Shown here: piece by piece, positions 50,836 to 60,269 of the stretch | Layout: the number at the start of each line of letters is the position of its first letter | Position numbering within the stretch: the stretch's first letter is position 1 | Source of the DNA: Armatimonadota bacterium | GTDB lineage: Bacteria; Armatimonadota; SYMT01 | Length of the DNA: 64,000 nucleotides | Reading direction: 5' to 3' | Assembly (NCBI GenBank): GCA_041690135.1 | Contig: JAWLHY010000003.1 | Span: 512,001-576,000, forward strand | The notes under the pieces: model-generated | What the model was told of the DNA's origin: nothing | The model's database searches: none | What the model saw: only the letters and a program-made list of their open reading frames with translations | Program-made: the position numbers and the translations under genes

Positions 50836-51429
50836 GTGGACCGCTGCGTCATCCTGGTGGACAACAGCAACCTCTTCATCGCGGGGCGACAACTCGCGGC
50901 GAAGCGCAACGGGGCGAATGGGAAGAGAAACGGGAAAGAGGAGAAGAGCCGGGCCCCGGAAAAGGGTAGTCGCGGCGGCGAGGGTCCACCGCGTGACGCG
51001 AAGTGGCGCCTCGACTTCGACGCCCTCTATCGCTGCCTCGCCGCGGACCGCGAGGTCCATGCGGCCATTATGGTGGGGTCCGCCCCCTCCGATGAAGAGG
51101 CCGGCTGGGACGTGGCGGCGCGCGCGGCCGGCTTCCAAACCATCGTCCAGCGGCGCGAGCCCGGGCTGGGAGAAAAGGAAGTCGATACGGAGCTGGTCGC
51201 CCGGGGCGCGGAGTTGATCGCGGGGACGGACGCGGTGATGGTCCTCGTGCTGGGCTCCGGCGACCGGGATTATGTGCCGCTGGTCGAGCTCGCCAAGCGG
51301 CACGGCTGGGACGTAGAGCTGCGGGCCTTCAAGTCCTCCTATGACAATGGGGGCGAGCTCGCCGGCAAGTCCGACCGGGTGCTTCCGCTGGATGAGTGCT
51401 TCGATGAGCTTACCCTCTCGCCGGAGTGA
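50836..51429 (+). CDS. NYN (LabA/DUF88) PIN-fold nuclease domain protein
   Basis: LVDNSNL, EKEVDTEL and GSGDRDYVPL acidic catalytic motifs. Confidence 0.88.
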   Translation: MDRCVILVDNSNLFIAGRQLAAKRNGANGKRNGKEEKSRAPEKGSRGGEGPPRDAKWRLDFDALYRCLAADREVHAAIMVGSAPSDEEAGWDVAARAAGFQTIVQRREPGLGEKEVDTELVARGAELIAGTDAVMVLVLGSGDRDYVPLVELAKRHGWDVELRAFKSSYDNGGELAGKSDRVLPLDECFDELTLSPE

Positions 51430-51450
51430 CCGTGGGGGAGGCAGCGGAGC

Positions 51451-51492
51451 AGGAGTAAGAGTAGGAGTAAGAGTAGGAGTAAGAGTAGGAGT
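51451..51492. repeat. (AGGAGTAAGAGT)n tandem repeat
   Basis: 3.5 perfect 12-bp units in the intergenic region. Confidence 0.85.
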
Positions 51493-51522
51493 GGGATCTG
51501 GGTGGGTTGGGGGAGGCGAGAG

Positions 51523-51984
51523 ATGCGAGCGCGTGGAATTGCGGCGGTTGTGGTGGGGGCCGCCCTGCTGAGTATGGGAACTTCGGTGGAAACGGCGGCC
51601 GAGGGTAAGAACGTGCGGACGCTGCTGCAGGGCAGCCGGAGCGGCATTCGCACGGCCCGTAGGGAAGTGGTGAAGTCCCAGGCGGAGTGGGAGAAACTCT
51701 GGAAACTGCACCTGGCCGGCAAGATCCAGAACCCGGCCCCCGAGCCTCCGAAGGTGAACTGGGAGAAGGAACTGGTCCTGGCCGTCTTCCTGGGTGCGCG
51801 GCCCACCGGAGGGTATGCGGTGCAGATTGAGGGTGCCCGGGCGGAGAAGGGCAAGCTCGTCGTGACCCTATCGGAACGGAAACCCGGTCCCAGCGATCTC
51901 GTCACCCAGGCGTTCACCGCGCCCTTCCACATGGTGGCCGTCCCCCGTTCCGCCGTCGAGGTGGAGTGGCGCCCCAAGCCCTAG
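51523..51984 (+). CDS. Secreted PrcB C-terminal domain protein
   Basis: Signal peptide; VNWEKELVLAVFLGARPTGGYAVQI...VTQAFTAPFHMV. Confidence 0.85.
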   Translation: MRARGIAAVVVGAALLSMGTSVETAAEGKNVRTLLQGSRSGIRTARREVVKSQAEWEKLWKLHLAGKIQNPAPEPPKVNWEKELVLAVFLGARPTGGYAVQIEGARAEKGKLVVTLSERKPGPSDLVTQAFTAPFHMVAVPRSAVEVEWRPKP

Positions 51985-53333
51985 CGGCGGGGAAACTCGA
52001 ACATCCGCCACCCCGGAAAATACTCCGGGTTCAGCACGCCGGTGATGCGTCGCGCGGAGACCAGATTCATCGCCACAATCACGGCGACCCAGAGCGTCAG
52101 GAGTCCGCGTGCCGCCCGCTGTGAGGGCAGGCGGCTAATGCCCTCCACTACCAGAACGGCCAGAGCCGGCAGGGCAACCAAGAGATAGCGCCCCCCCGCA
52201 TTGAACTCCATGTCGGACAGCCAGAAGGCTCCCTGCTGTCCGGCGAAAACGGTAAACAGCAGACCCACGCAGGCGAAAAGCATGTAGCGGGAGGGACGCC
52301 GTTCGAGGCAGAGGCAAGGATCGATCGGCACTTGTTTGCGTCCTTTTCGAGACTTGACGAAACCGGCGATCGCAGCCAGGAGGACCAGGGTTACGAGCCC
52401 AAATAACCAGGCGTCCAGCGGATAGGCCAGCCATCCACGCTGAACCCAGGTAGAGACGTAGGTTTCGAACAGGGTGAAGGCGGCCGTCCGCGCGGGGCCG
52501 GCGACCTCCGCCAATTCCCATCCGCTCCCCCGGGTACTGGGGGTGTGGATGAAGGGAGTTCCATGTTGGAGCACATTGCGCACGTACCACCAACCCGCGC
52601 CGGCGCACCCTACTCCCAGGATAATAGCGCAGCGGCGCAAACGATTTCCCGCCGCCTGCTGAGGTCGGAACCACTGGGCCAGAACGAGGAGAAGGCCCAA
52701 CGGGGCCGCCGAAAGCTTGGTCAACCCGGCGCACGCCGCCAACAGACCGGCAGTCCAGGGGAGAGCTGGGTGTTCTTCCTTGTCGGTATACAGATGCTGG
52801 GCGGTCAGCAAGGCCGCCGCACCCAGGATCAGAGCGATGCCGTCCGGGTTGGCGTGGCAGAGGTAGAGCAGGGTTAGCGGCATCAGAAGGACCGTGGCCA
52901 CCAGAACGAACTGGTCCCCTTCTCGCTTTGGGAAGAGCCGCCGGCCCAGGCGTTGGATAATGAACAACAACAGCCATCCCAACGCCACCATTAACCAGCG
53001 CACGGCATGCCAACGTATCGCCTCCGGCTGGGAGGCCGAGAGCGCGTACGGGATCGCCTGGAGAGCATAGGCCAAAGGCGGGTGCTGCGCCTCGTACCCT
53101 GCTTCTCCCCCACCCTGAGGGCTCCAGAGCGGCAGGCGCCTCTCCTCTACCAGGAAACGAACGTAGTGCATGTGCGCCGCTTCGTCGGGAGGGGCGGTCA
53201 ACGGTTGGATCACGCTGAACAAGAGAGCGAACATCGTGTAAACCACCACCAGCAGAAGCCACGCCAGACGCCAGCGTTCAGAGACGGAGGGTCGAAGAGG
53301 TTGGTCGTTATCTGGCGGGTCAGGATGGCGCAT
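51981..53333 (-). CDS. GT-C fold membrane glycosyltransferase (DUF2142/GT39-like)
   Basis: PPDEAAH, YEAQHPPLAY, NPD, TKLS, WWYVRN and GRYL motifs. Confidence 0.8.
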   Translation of the reverse strand: MRHPDPPDNDQPLRPSVSERWRLAWLLLVVVYTMFALLFSVIQPLTAPPDEAAHMHYVRFLVEERRLPLWSPQGGGEAGYEAQHPPLAYALQAIPYALSASQPEAIRWHAVRWLMVALGWLLLFIIQRLGRRLFPKREGDQFVLVATVLLMPLTLLYLCHANPDGIALILGAAALLTAQHLYTDKEEHPALPWTAGLLAACAGLTKLSAAPLGLLLVLAQWFRPQQAAGNRLRRCAIILGVGCAGAGWWYVRNVLQHGTPFIHTPSTRGSGWELAEVAGPARTAAFTLFETYVSTWVQRGWLAYPLDAWLFGLVTLVLLAAIAGFVKSRKGRKQVPIDPCLCLERRPSRYMLFACVGLLFTVFAGQQGAFWLSDMEFNAGGRYLLVALPALAVLVVEGISRLPSQRAARGLLTLWVAVIVAMNLVSARRITGVLNPEYFPGWRMFEFPRR

Positions 53334-53533
53334 CAACGGAAACCTTCGTCTCATCGGACCTAGCGTGGTCGGGCTGGCAGCGAATCTAGCAATTCGCTCA
53401 CCAACACAGATTGTTGGTGGCGAGCCACACTTCCTTCGCCTGCGTTCGTTCCTCCAGGCACGCGCATCCCACCTTCGAGTGCGGCGGACTCCCGCTGGCG
53501 CAGGGTGCCGCCGCACTCTTCCACGGCAGTACG

Positions 53534-54202
53534 TTAGAAGGCCAGGGGCATCGTCACGCGACCTTCATCCGGCAGCCCTTTCCGGAGGTGCCGCAGAATC
53601 CGACGTTCGATGTTCTGCACCCGCTGGCCCGAAATGCCGAGGGTCGCCGCCACCGTCGCCCGCGTGAGACCCTCCCAGTAACGGAGGTACAGGATATACC
53701 GATCCCGTCTTCGGAGTGTTTTCAGCGCCGCGGAGAGGAACTCCAGTGTTTCGGCCCACAACATGCTGGCTTCCGGCCCCGGCGCCGGGTCGATCTCCGC
53801 TCGCATGAGATCGGTGTCTCCCCGTTCCAGCAGGAACTCGTAGGAGAGGGGCGGCAGGTCGGAGGGGAGAGCGGTCTCTCGACCGGCGCGAATCCGGTGG
53901 CGCCGATCTCTTCCCGCCGGATCCTGCCGCTGGGCCTCCCGCACCAACGCCCGACGCACGCAGGTATGGGCATAGTCCAGAAAGCTGATCTCCCGATCGG
54001 CGCGGTAGTTGCGGGCCGCCACCGCCACCGCCAGGAACGCCTCCCCCAGGAACGCCTCCCGGTCCATCCAGGCCGGCAGCCGTCGAACCCATCGCCGGGT
54101 CAAGCGCTGCGTGTGTCGTAAGGCCTCCGCCACGGCCTCGGAATCCGGTGCTCCGGAGCCTGGGGAACGGGAGGGGAACGGAGATCCAACATAAGTTTGC
54201 AT
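53534..54202 (-). CDS. Alternative sigma-70 family factor (FliA/WhiG/SigF-like, with a short region 3)
   Basis: Region 2: AARNYRADREISFLDYAHTCVRRAL; region 4: RDRYILYLRYWEGLT...LGISGQRVQNIERRIL. Confidence 0.8.
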   Translation of the reverse strand: MQTYVGSPFPSRSPGSGAPDSEAVAEALRHTQRLTRRWVRRLPAWMDREAFLGEAFLAVAVAARNYRADREISFLDYAHTCVRRALVREAQRQDPAGRDRRHRIRAGRETALPSDLPPLSYEFLLERGDTDLMRAEIDPAPGPEASMLWAETLEFLSAALKTLRRRDRYILYLRYWEGLTRATVAATLGISGQRVQNIERRILRHLRKGLPDEGRVTMPLAF

Positions 54203-54375
54203 TTTTAGGGCCGCCTTTCCAGATATTCGGGTTTTCAGTGGGGGCTGTCCTGCGCTACAATACTAACGTGTTCGGTTTAATATGTATACATCAGTCGGCC
54301 AACCGCTGCAAGTACAACTTTCCGTGGAGATGTTGGCCGGCAGGGCTGGAGGCCGACCGGAAGGAGGAAAACCTG

Positions 54376-54840
54376 ATGACACGCAAGCCGGAGTTTGGAA
54401 GACGGTTCCGGGAACTGATCTCGGGAATGACGCAGGAGACCGTGGCGGACCGCCTCGGTATCAGCCAGGCGTCGGTGAGCCGCATGGCGCGCGACTACCC
54501 GCCGGGGCCGAAGCTGCTATCCCGCATCATCCGCGAGTTCGGCGTCGACGAAGCGGAGTGGCGGGCCCTTTCGGGCTATGAAGAGCCGGAGTCGGAGGAA
54601 GACCGGTTGACCGTGATCGCCACTCGCGCCATGGAGGAGGTCCTGCGCCGGGCCGGCCTGGATGGGCCCAGCGGAGCCCAGCGGCTCGTGGAAGGGCTGC
54701 AAGCCCTCAACCGGAAGTACGGTCGCGCGATTCCTCTCGACCTGACCCAGGGGCTGGAGGAGAGCGAGCGCCTCACTCCAGAGCGGGCGGAAGCGATCCT
54801 GCGGGACCTGGAAGAGCAGCTTCGCGCCGGCCTGATCTGA
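54376..54840 (+). CDS. XRE/Cro-CI HTH repressor (ImmR-like)
   Basis: MTQETVADRLGISQASVSRM helix-turn-helix; AAGGAGG RBS. Confidence 0.88.
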   Translation: MTRKPEFGRRFRELISGMTQETVADRLGISQASVSRMARDYPPGPKLLSRIIREFGVDEAEWRALSGYEEPESEEDRLTVIATRAMEEVLRRAGLDGPSGAQRLVEGLQALNRKYGRAIPLDLTQGLEESERLTPERAEAILRDLEEQLRAGLI

Positions 54841-54891
54841 CACTTCCTGACACCGAAATGTCCGGTCACCTGACAAGCGTTCCCGGATAAT

Positions 54892-54905
54892 GGAACATAT
54901 GTTTG
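54892..54905. promoter_or_regulatory. Putative LexA (Gram-positive-type SOS) box
   Basis: gGAAC-ATAT-GTTTg matches GAAC-N4-GTTY, about 23 bp upstream of the ATG at 54928. Confidence 0.55.
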
Positions 54906-54927
54906 ATTATTGGGGCGAGGGCGTACC

Positions 54928-55710
54928 ATGAACCGGTGGGTAGAAGAGCGGGTGGAAGCGATCCGGCTGGCGCTGAAGATCGTGGGGTTTCCGGCGGAGG
55001 CGGACCTGTACCGGCTGGTGGACTGGCTGGAGGGGTGCATTGTGCTGCGCCACAGCCCGGTGGGCATCGGCATGTGTATCCACCGGGACGACGGCCGCGC
55101 GGTGATCACGCTTCCGCAGGGAGTGGAGCGGCGGGAGCTGGACCACATCCTCTGCGAGGAGGTGGGGCATTACCTGCTGACGTGCGGCATGGCCTCGCTG
55201 CTGCGCCAGTTGGATCCCGCCGATCCGCAGGTACGCCGGCTGGCCCGCGTGTGGGACTGGCGGGACGAGGCGCTGGTGCGCGAGTTCGTCCACGCCTGGT
55301 ACCTGCCGTCGCGCCTGGTGCAGCAATTCCCGGACGATGAGGAACTGGCCTTCCGCTCGGGCTGCAGCCTGGAAGTGGTGGTCCGCCGGCGCGCGGCACT
55401 GGCAGGCGAAGCGGTGCGCTTGATCGGCCCGCCCCGCTGGAGCGCCGCCCGGGAGTACCGCCTGAAACGCCAGCGGATCGGCGCCCAGCCCTACCTGCAG
55501 ATCCTGCCCCGCGGCGAGGCCCGTCCCGAGTTCCTGGTGCCGCTGCCGGACGCCGACGCGCGGGAGATGCTGCTGCAGGCCACCGCCGACCTGATCGCCC
55601 TCACCAACCGGGAGCACGCCCTGAAGTACGCCCCCTTCCGCTGCACCGCCGACGAGGCCGTGAACGTGAGCCTATCGGAGCTGGAAGCGTGGTCCGGCAA
55701 GGGGGCGTGA
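54928..55710 (+). CDS. ImmA/IrrE (M78) family metallopeptidase with a C-terminal extension
   Basis: HILCEEVGHYLL (EExxH variant of HExxH) and RDEALVREFVHAWYLP (equivalent to E..A..FA...L.P); follows the XRE gene. Confidence 0.7.
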   Translation: MNRWVEERVEAIRLALKIVGFPAEADLYRLVDWLEGCIVLRHSPVGIGMCIHRDDGRAVITLPQGVERRELDHILCEEVGHYLLTCGMASLLRQLDPADPQVRRLARVWDWRDEALVREFVHAWYLPSRLVQQFPDDEELAFRSGCSLEVVVRRRAALAGEAVRLIGPPRWSAAREYRLKRQRIGAQPYLQILPRGEARPEFLVPLPDADAREMLLQATADLIALTNREHALKYAPFRCTADEAVNVSLSELEAWSGKGA

Positions 55711-55937
55711 AGACCGGGGGCACACGTTCAGCCTGGGTGAGCCTTTGGCACAAAGGGACACGAAAAGGGAACGAGAAAGGTCACGGTACTGCGCATCCGC
55801 AATCCAACTGGTTGGGTCACCTCAGGTAGCAGAGGGGCTTGTCCCCGCGGGTCACGGTACGCGCACGAGGTGCACCTCATCCACACCCTCTTTCACGGCC
55901 CATGGAAGCTGCATCTCCAATAGCACTATCGGGGCAA

Positions 55938-56339
55938 TCAGCGAATATAGGACACTGAGCCCACATAGCGTAGAACTACCGGGCTATTCCGGTGTCTTGC
56001 CTCATTGGGTTCATGAGAATAGTCGTAGAGTAATACCACTGCGTTAGCCGGGGGCGAGATCTGTTCTCCATACGTGTCAACAAACCGAGGGACGATGATC
56101 TCGTCATAGGAGAAGCCTTCCAGCAATTTCCGTAAGCTATCCGCCGGCTCATCAATAACCTCAGCTTCTCGGAGGTCATCGTCGAAGCGTCCAAGCGAGA
56201 AGTCCTCGGCGAAAACTGGAGGTATGCGTTCACCACTATTACGGTATCGGGGCGTCAGGTATTCTTCCAATGCTTCGAGTGTAGGTGCATTGCCTACCCA
56301 TAGCGAAACAATCCCCTCTTCTTCCACCTTGATCTCCAT
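55938..56339 (-). CDS. Immunity protein Imm22 (DUF4284)-like
   Basis: VSLWVG...LEEYL...FAEDF...DDDLRE...LLEGFSYDE...NAVVLLYDY...YVGSVSY. Confidence 0.75.
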   Translation of the reverse strand: MEIKVEEEGIVSLWVGNAPTLEALEEYLTPRYRNSGERIPPVFAEDFSLGRFDDDLREAEVIDEPADSLRKLLEGFSYDEIIVPRFVDTYGEQISPPANAVVLLYDYSHEPNEARHRNSPVVLRYVGSVSYIR

Positions 56340-56430
56340 TTCAGCGCTATGGGGCACTTCAATCCGCCGGGTAAGAAGCCTACTCCAAAGAGTCGCTGGC
56401 CTTATCAGGACCATGCACCGGGGGAAAAGC

Positions 56431-56910
56431 CTACTTACTCGGGTTTACCGGTCTCCATCCTTCACCCGTGCATAGGTGCTCTAGGCTTTCCCGAGGATTG
56501 TCTCCCACGATCTGCAGAGTTCCATCCGACGCCACATACCTCCGTCCGTTCTCGTCCATCAACAGATCGAATATTCCAGACCAACGTTCCCCTACATAGC
56601 AGAGGGGGGTGCCGGCTAGCTGATCGTAATAGGGTCGCTCGCCCTCCCAGCGTGTGAGCAGCCAATCGCCTGCGCCAAAGTAGCTGCAGCGGTCGAGATC
56701 GATGGGTATACGGTCGTCATCAACGGACAGACACAATCCCCCAAACTCCGCCAGGAATTCCTTGACGATCGGATGGACGGGGAATCCCGCCTGTTCCAGG
56801 TACTCTTCGAAACTCCGGGTATCCACGCGTCGCCCGGGGGACCAGCCCGCACTCCGCAGGCGCGCGGTGGCTGTTTCCGAGAGCTCTTGCAATGCCTTCT
56901 CCTTTTTCAA
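56431..56910 (-). CDS. SUKH-3 family immunity protein
   Basis: LRSAGWSPGRRVD...GFPVHPIVKEFLAEFGGL...LLMDENGR. Confidence 0.85.
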   Translation of the reverse strand: MKKEKALQELSETATARLRSAGWSPGRRVDTRSFEEYLEQAGFPVHPIVKEFLAEFGGLCLSVDDDRIPIDLDRCSYFGAGDWLLTRWEGERPYYDQLAGTPLCYVGERWSGIFDLLMDENGRRYVASDGTLQIVGDNPRESLEHLCTGEGWRPVNPSK

Positions 56911-56964
56911 CCCTCAAGTCGTGAGCCAATCGGAGTTGGAAGCATGGTCTGCCGCTCCCGCGAG

Positions 56965-57594
56965 TTACTCCAGGCGCACAGAAGGCAGTTGGGACCGGAA
57001 CCGCGCGACACGATCGGCATCCAGTGGCCCGGACTCCACCAGCAAGCGAAGCAGCCCCAGTTGCACCATGCGTTCCGCCACCATCAGGGGGTCCGGATCG
57101 ATCACGGATTGACTGCTCGGCTCGGCGCTGAAGACCTGCCTGGGGCGATTGAAGATCCAGTGATCCACGATCTCCATCACCCTCTCGGCCGCTTCCACCG
57201 CGTTTGCCACGGAATCGGCTTCGTTGATACCGATATCGAGTGCGCTGACCGCGGCCCGCGATGCCGCCACCGTGGCCATCCAGGAGATACCGGCATCATC
57301 GTCGCCCAGGTCCAGATCGACACACTCGGCGGTGAACTGCGTCTCCTCATCGGGCGACAGGGCGACCCCGGAGACGTGGAGCCAGAGTCGCTCCACGATC
57401 GCCCCGAGGGTGGCGGCCGTCGATATCTCATTCAGCCGGTCGAGTTCCCTGGCGAAGGGGAGCAACCGCTCCACCATTCCCGCAGCGAATGCCGCTCTCT
57501 GCGAAGAGGGAAGCTCCGCCAGGTGACCGCTCAAGACCTTCAGGTGCGCCTCCGTGGATCCCGGGTCCATGGTCAAGCTGCTTTCAGCCTCCAT
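56965..57594 (-). CDS. DUF416/YjaG-like helical protein (probable immunity)
   Basis: LAELPSSQRAAFAAGMVERLLP...IVERLW...PLMVAERMVQ; start uncertain. Confidence 0.6.
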   Translation of the reverse strand: MEAESSLTMDPGSTEAHLKVLSGHLAELPSSQRAAFAAGMVERLLPFARELDRLNEISTAATLGAIVERLWLHVSGVALSPDEETQFTAECVDLDLGDDDAGISWMATVAASRAAVSALDIGINEADSVANAVEAAERVMEIVDHWIFNRPRQVFSAEPSSQSVIDPDPLMVAERMVQLGLLRLLVESGPLDADRVARFRSQLPSVRLE

Positions 57595-57705
57595 CGCTTC
57601 GCCCCGGGTCCACACCTTCGATAGATCCGCCAACCTCGCGCACACGTTTTTGTACTTCAACGCTCACGGCAAGCCTCCCGCACCTGCCGCGCCACTACCT
57701 CATCT

Positions 57706-57900
57706 TTACCAGCCTCGGCCCCCGGCCCAGCGGACCGGGAAGAGGTCCACCGCGCCGTCGCTGGCGGAGCCGACCACGATGCCCCGGTCGTTGAGGTCGG
57801 CTCCGCCGCTATAGGGTAGCCCGCGGAGTTTGCCGAGGAGCTTCGGCTTGCCCTTCTTCCAGATGACGGCGCGGTGGACCACACCCTGGCTTTGGCCCAC
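57706..57900 (-). pseudogene. Internal fragment of a HAF-repeat gene paralogous to the adjacent gene
   Basis: AVIWKKGKPKLLGKLRGLPYS...NDRG versus GVLWKKGKPKLLKSLRGLPYS...NDRG in 57939-58964; lacks both ends. Confidence 0.75.
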
Positions 57901-57938
57901 GGTCCAACCTCGCGCGGAGCGGCCTTACGGCAGCGGCC

Positions 57939-58964
57939 TCACGGGAGGGGGCGGAGGAGGAAAGTGCGGTCCTGGAAGTTTAGCTGGCCGGTGCCGACGA
58001 TCCAGCCCTGGTCGTTTACGTTCAGGGCGGACTCCAGAATCCATCCGGAGCCGGTGGGGATCAGGTCGTTCAGGTCATAGACCTGTCCCTCGCGCCAGAG
58101 CACCGCGTGCGATACACCGGACGGAAGCTGAGCGATTCCAACAATGAGGCCCGCCTCGTTGATCGCCTTAGCCCCGGCGTCCGGGCCTCCGAGGCCCGGC
58201 AGGACCGAGGGGAGGCCCTCCTGCCAGACGACGGCAGGGCCCGCGCTGTCCTGGGAGACCGATCCGACGACCTGGCCCGCCTCGTTGAGATCCTCGGCAG
58301 AGCTCTCGGTATATCCGCCTACGAGCGGCAGCTTTGTAATGCGGCCACGCTCCCAACTACAGGCGTACGAGATCTGTCCCGAGCCGGAGTAGCCAACGAT
58401 CTGCCCACGATTGTTGATGGCTCGGGCCAGGCTGCGGGTAGCTCCCGGAAGCACTGGGAGCTTGCGGGCACTGGACCCCTTCCAGAGCACGGGCACGAGG
58501 TCGCCCTGCCCTTTACTCGCGTCGCCCACGATCTGTCCGCGGTCGTTGACATCGTGCGCGGTGGAATAGGGCAGCCCGCGCAGGCTCTTCAGGAGCTTCG
58601 GCTTGCCTTTTTTCCAGAGGACCCCACGGGTGAAAGCGCCGCGACTGTAGCCCACCACGACACCGCGGTCGTTGATGCCCAGGGCATGGCTATCGATGTC
58701 GCGGCGATGGGGAGGCAGGACGGCGCCGGCGCCGTCCTGGAGCAAGAAGCCGCGGGAGGAGCCGTTCACGCCGGACCAACCGACGACCTGCCCGCTGCCG
58801 TTCACCGCAGTCAGGTAGCCGGACTGCGAGGGGGTGGGCAGCGCCAGAGCGGTGATGCTATAGGCCGGCACCGTGCCGGCGACTGCGGGGCGGGGCGCGC
58901 GGACGGCGGCGAGGGCGGCGAGCAGCAGAAAGCAGCAGAGACTGAGGCGAGCACGTACGGCCAT
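57939..58964 (-). CDS. Secreted HAF-repeat beta-propeller protein
   Basis: Signal peptide; repeated A..INDRG.VVG units; terminal YDLNDLIPTGSGWILESA...FLLRP. Confidence 0.88.
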   Translation of the reverse strand: MAVRARLSLCCFLLLAALAAVRAPRPAVAGTVPAYSITALALPTPSQSGYLTAVNGSGQVVGWSGVNGSSRGFLLQDGAGAVLPPHRRDIDSHALGINDRGVVVGYSRGAFTRGVLWKKGKPKLLKSLRGLPYSTAHDVNDRGQIVGDASKGQGDLVPVLWKGSSARKLPVLPGATRSLARAINNRGQIVGYSGSGQISYACSWERGRITKLPLVGGYTESSAEDLNEAGQVVGSVSQDSAGPAVVWQEGLPSVLPGLGGPDAGAKAINEAGLIVGIAQLPSGVSHAVLWREGQVYDLNDLIPTGSGWILESALNVNDQGWIVGTGQLNFQDRTFLLRPLP

Positions 58965-59040
58965 AAAAGGATTCTCCGCCTGCCTGTTGGCAGCCCGGGC
59001 GGCGCATTCCTCTCTGAAGAACGAAAGGACCCGATAGTTC

Positions 59041-59170
59041 ATGACTCCCGAGATCCGCATCTTCGATACCGCGGGCGAGCGCCAGCCGCTGCCGGACCGG
59101 TTCGTGCTCGGCTGGGACATCGAGCTGCTGGAGCGCGGCGGCTGCGGCAGCTTCAGCTCCCGGCGTGCTG
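59041..59170 (+). pseudogene. Truncated 5' end of an unknown gene
   Basis: About 40 codons with strong G/C third positions (MTPEIRIFDTAGERQPLPDRFVLGWDIELLERGGCGSFS), then the frame runs into the antisense Imm1 gene. Confidence 0.4.
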
Positions 59171-59193
59171 CGCGCAAGAGGCTCCTGTCGTAT

Positions 59194-59610
59194 CTATTCC
59201 TCCAGGATCTCGCCATCCGTCCAGTGCCCCGGGTCATGTCGCAAAGCGCCCGTCAGCCAGGCATGGAGCACGGCCACTCCCTCTGATCGCGGAATCCAGT
59301 GCCGGTGCGACATCTCAGTCCCTTCCGGATCGAGAATGACGCTGGCGCCTGTGGCATCGGGGTCCCCCAGGGAGTAGTACTGCTCATCCTCGTACCGGGT
59401 ATGGATCAGCACCCAGTATTCTCCGCAGAGCCCGACCGACATCACGTCTTCCGGGTCCCGCTCCACGTTGACGAATGAGTATTCCTGGTTGATGGCAAAG
59501 AGCTCCCGATCCAGCTCCGCCAGGCGAGCCGTCAGTTGCTCGAGGGAGGCGATTGGCTCTCGCCTCCGCTTCCAGGGCTCCGGCCAGCACGGCACGTCCA
59601 GGCAGATCAT
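59194..59610 (-). CDS. Imm1-like immunity protein
   Basis: MSVGL...YYSLGD...WIPRSEGVAVLHAWLTG...W; ATG overlaps the upstream TAA (TAATG). Confidence 0.65.
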   Translation of the reverse strand: MICLDVPCWPEPWKRRREPIASLEQLTARLAELDRELFAINQEYSFVNVERDPEDVMSVGLCGEYWVLIHTRYEDEQYYSLGDPDATGASVILDPEGTEMSHRHWIPRSEGVAVLHAWLTGALRHDPGHWTDGEILEE

Positions 59611-59886
59611 TACCGGCAACTCTCCACCGAAGCGGAGGAATAGCGCTCCAGACGGCAGAGCGAAGTGTACTCCCCAAACTCGGGGTAGGGCTCCCAGTGC
59701 TCGGCCACGCTTGCCTGGCCCGTCTTCTCCACCTCCGTCTCTTCGACCCGGTCGCGACGGACGATATACATCTCACCCTCTTCGTCGAAGACGTAGTGAG
59801 TGGCGCAGATGACATCATCCGTATCTTCCCGGAACTCGCGATGGCGGATGAATCTCAAGAACAGCCTCTGCGAGCCGGAGGCTCGG
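59610..59886 (-). pseudogene. C-terminal fragment of a probable immunity-type protein
   Basis: LFL...YVFDEEG...WEPYPEFGEYTSLCRLER ending resembles small proteins from toxin loci; no proper start. Confidence 0.45.
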
Positions 59887-60204
59887 TCAGTCCGTGTGCA
59901 CGACGTACCCGTCACCTGATATCCAGTACTCGCAGCCCAGGTGGAGGACAAACTGCCCTTCTTCCCGCCACTGCCGGATCTCCTCGTCGAACAACTCCGG
60001 GTCGTCCTCGGGGAAGGCTTCCGGGCTCTCCAGATACTCCGCGAAATCCGAAGGGAGGTCGGAGATTCCCATAACTCCGGACTCGTCCTGAAACGCCTGA
60101 ACCGATATCGGCTGCGGGGAGAGTTCCAACTCAGCGGTGAGCGCCTCCATCTGGCGGGCGGCGGCCGCCTGGTACTTGCGAGTGAAGCGATAGATCCGGT
60201 CCAC
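59887..60204 (-). CDS. Small acidic hypothetical protein (immunity-like)
   Basis: 105 aa, Asp/Glu-rich with aromatic C-terminus; same strand as its neighbours. Confidence 0.55.
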   Translation of the reverse strand: MDRIYRFTRKYQAAAARQMEALTAELELSPQPISVQAFQDESGVMGISDLPSDFAEYLESPEAFPEDDPELFDEEIRQWREEGQFVLHLGCEYWISGDGYVVHTD

Positions 60205-60269
60205 CAGGGGTGGGGGTGTTGCCAGCGGGATCGTCTTGCGCTCCCAGCCGTCCTTTGGGTAGCGCCGGG

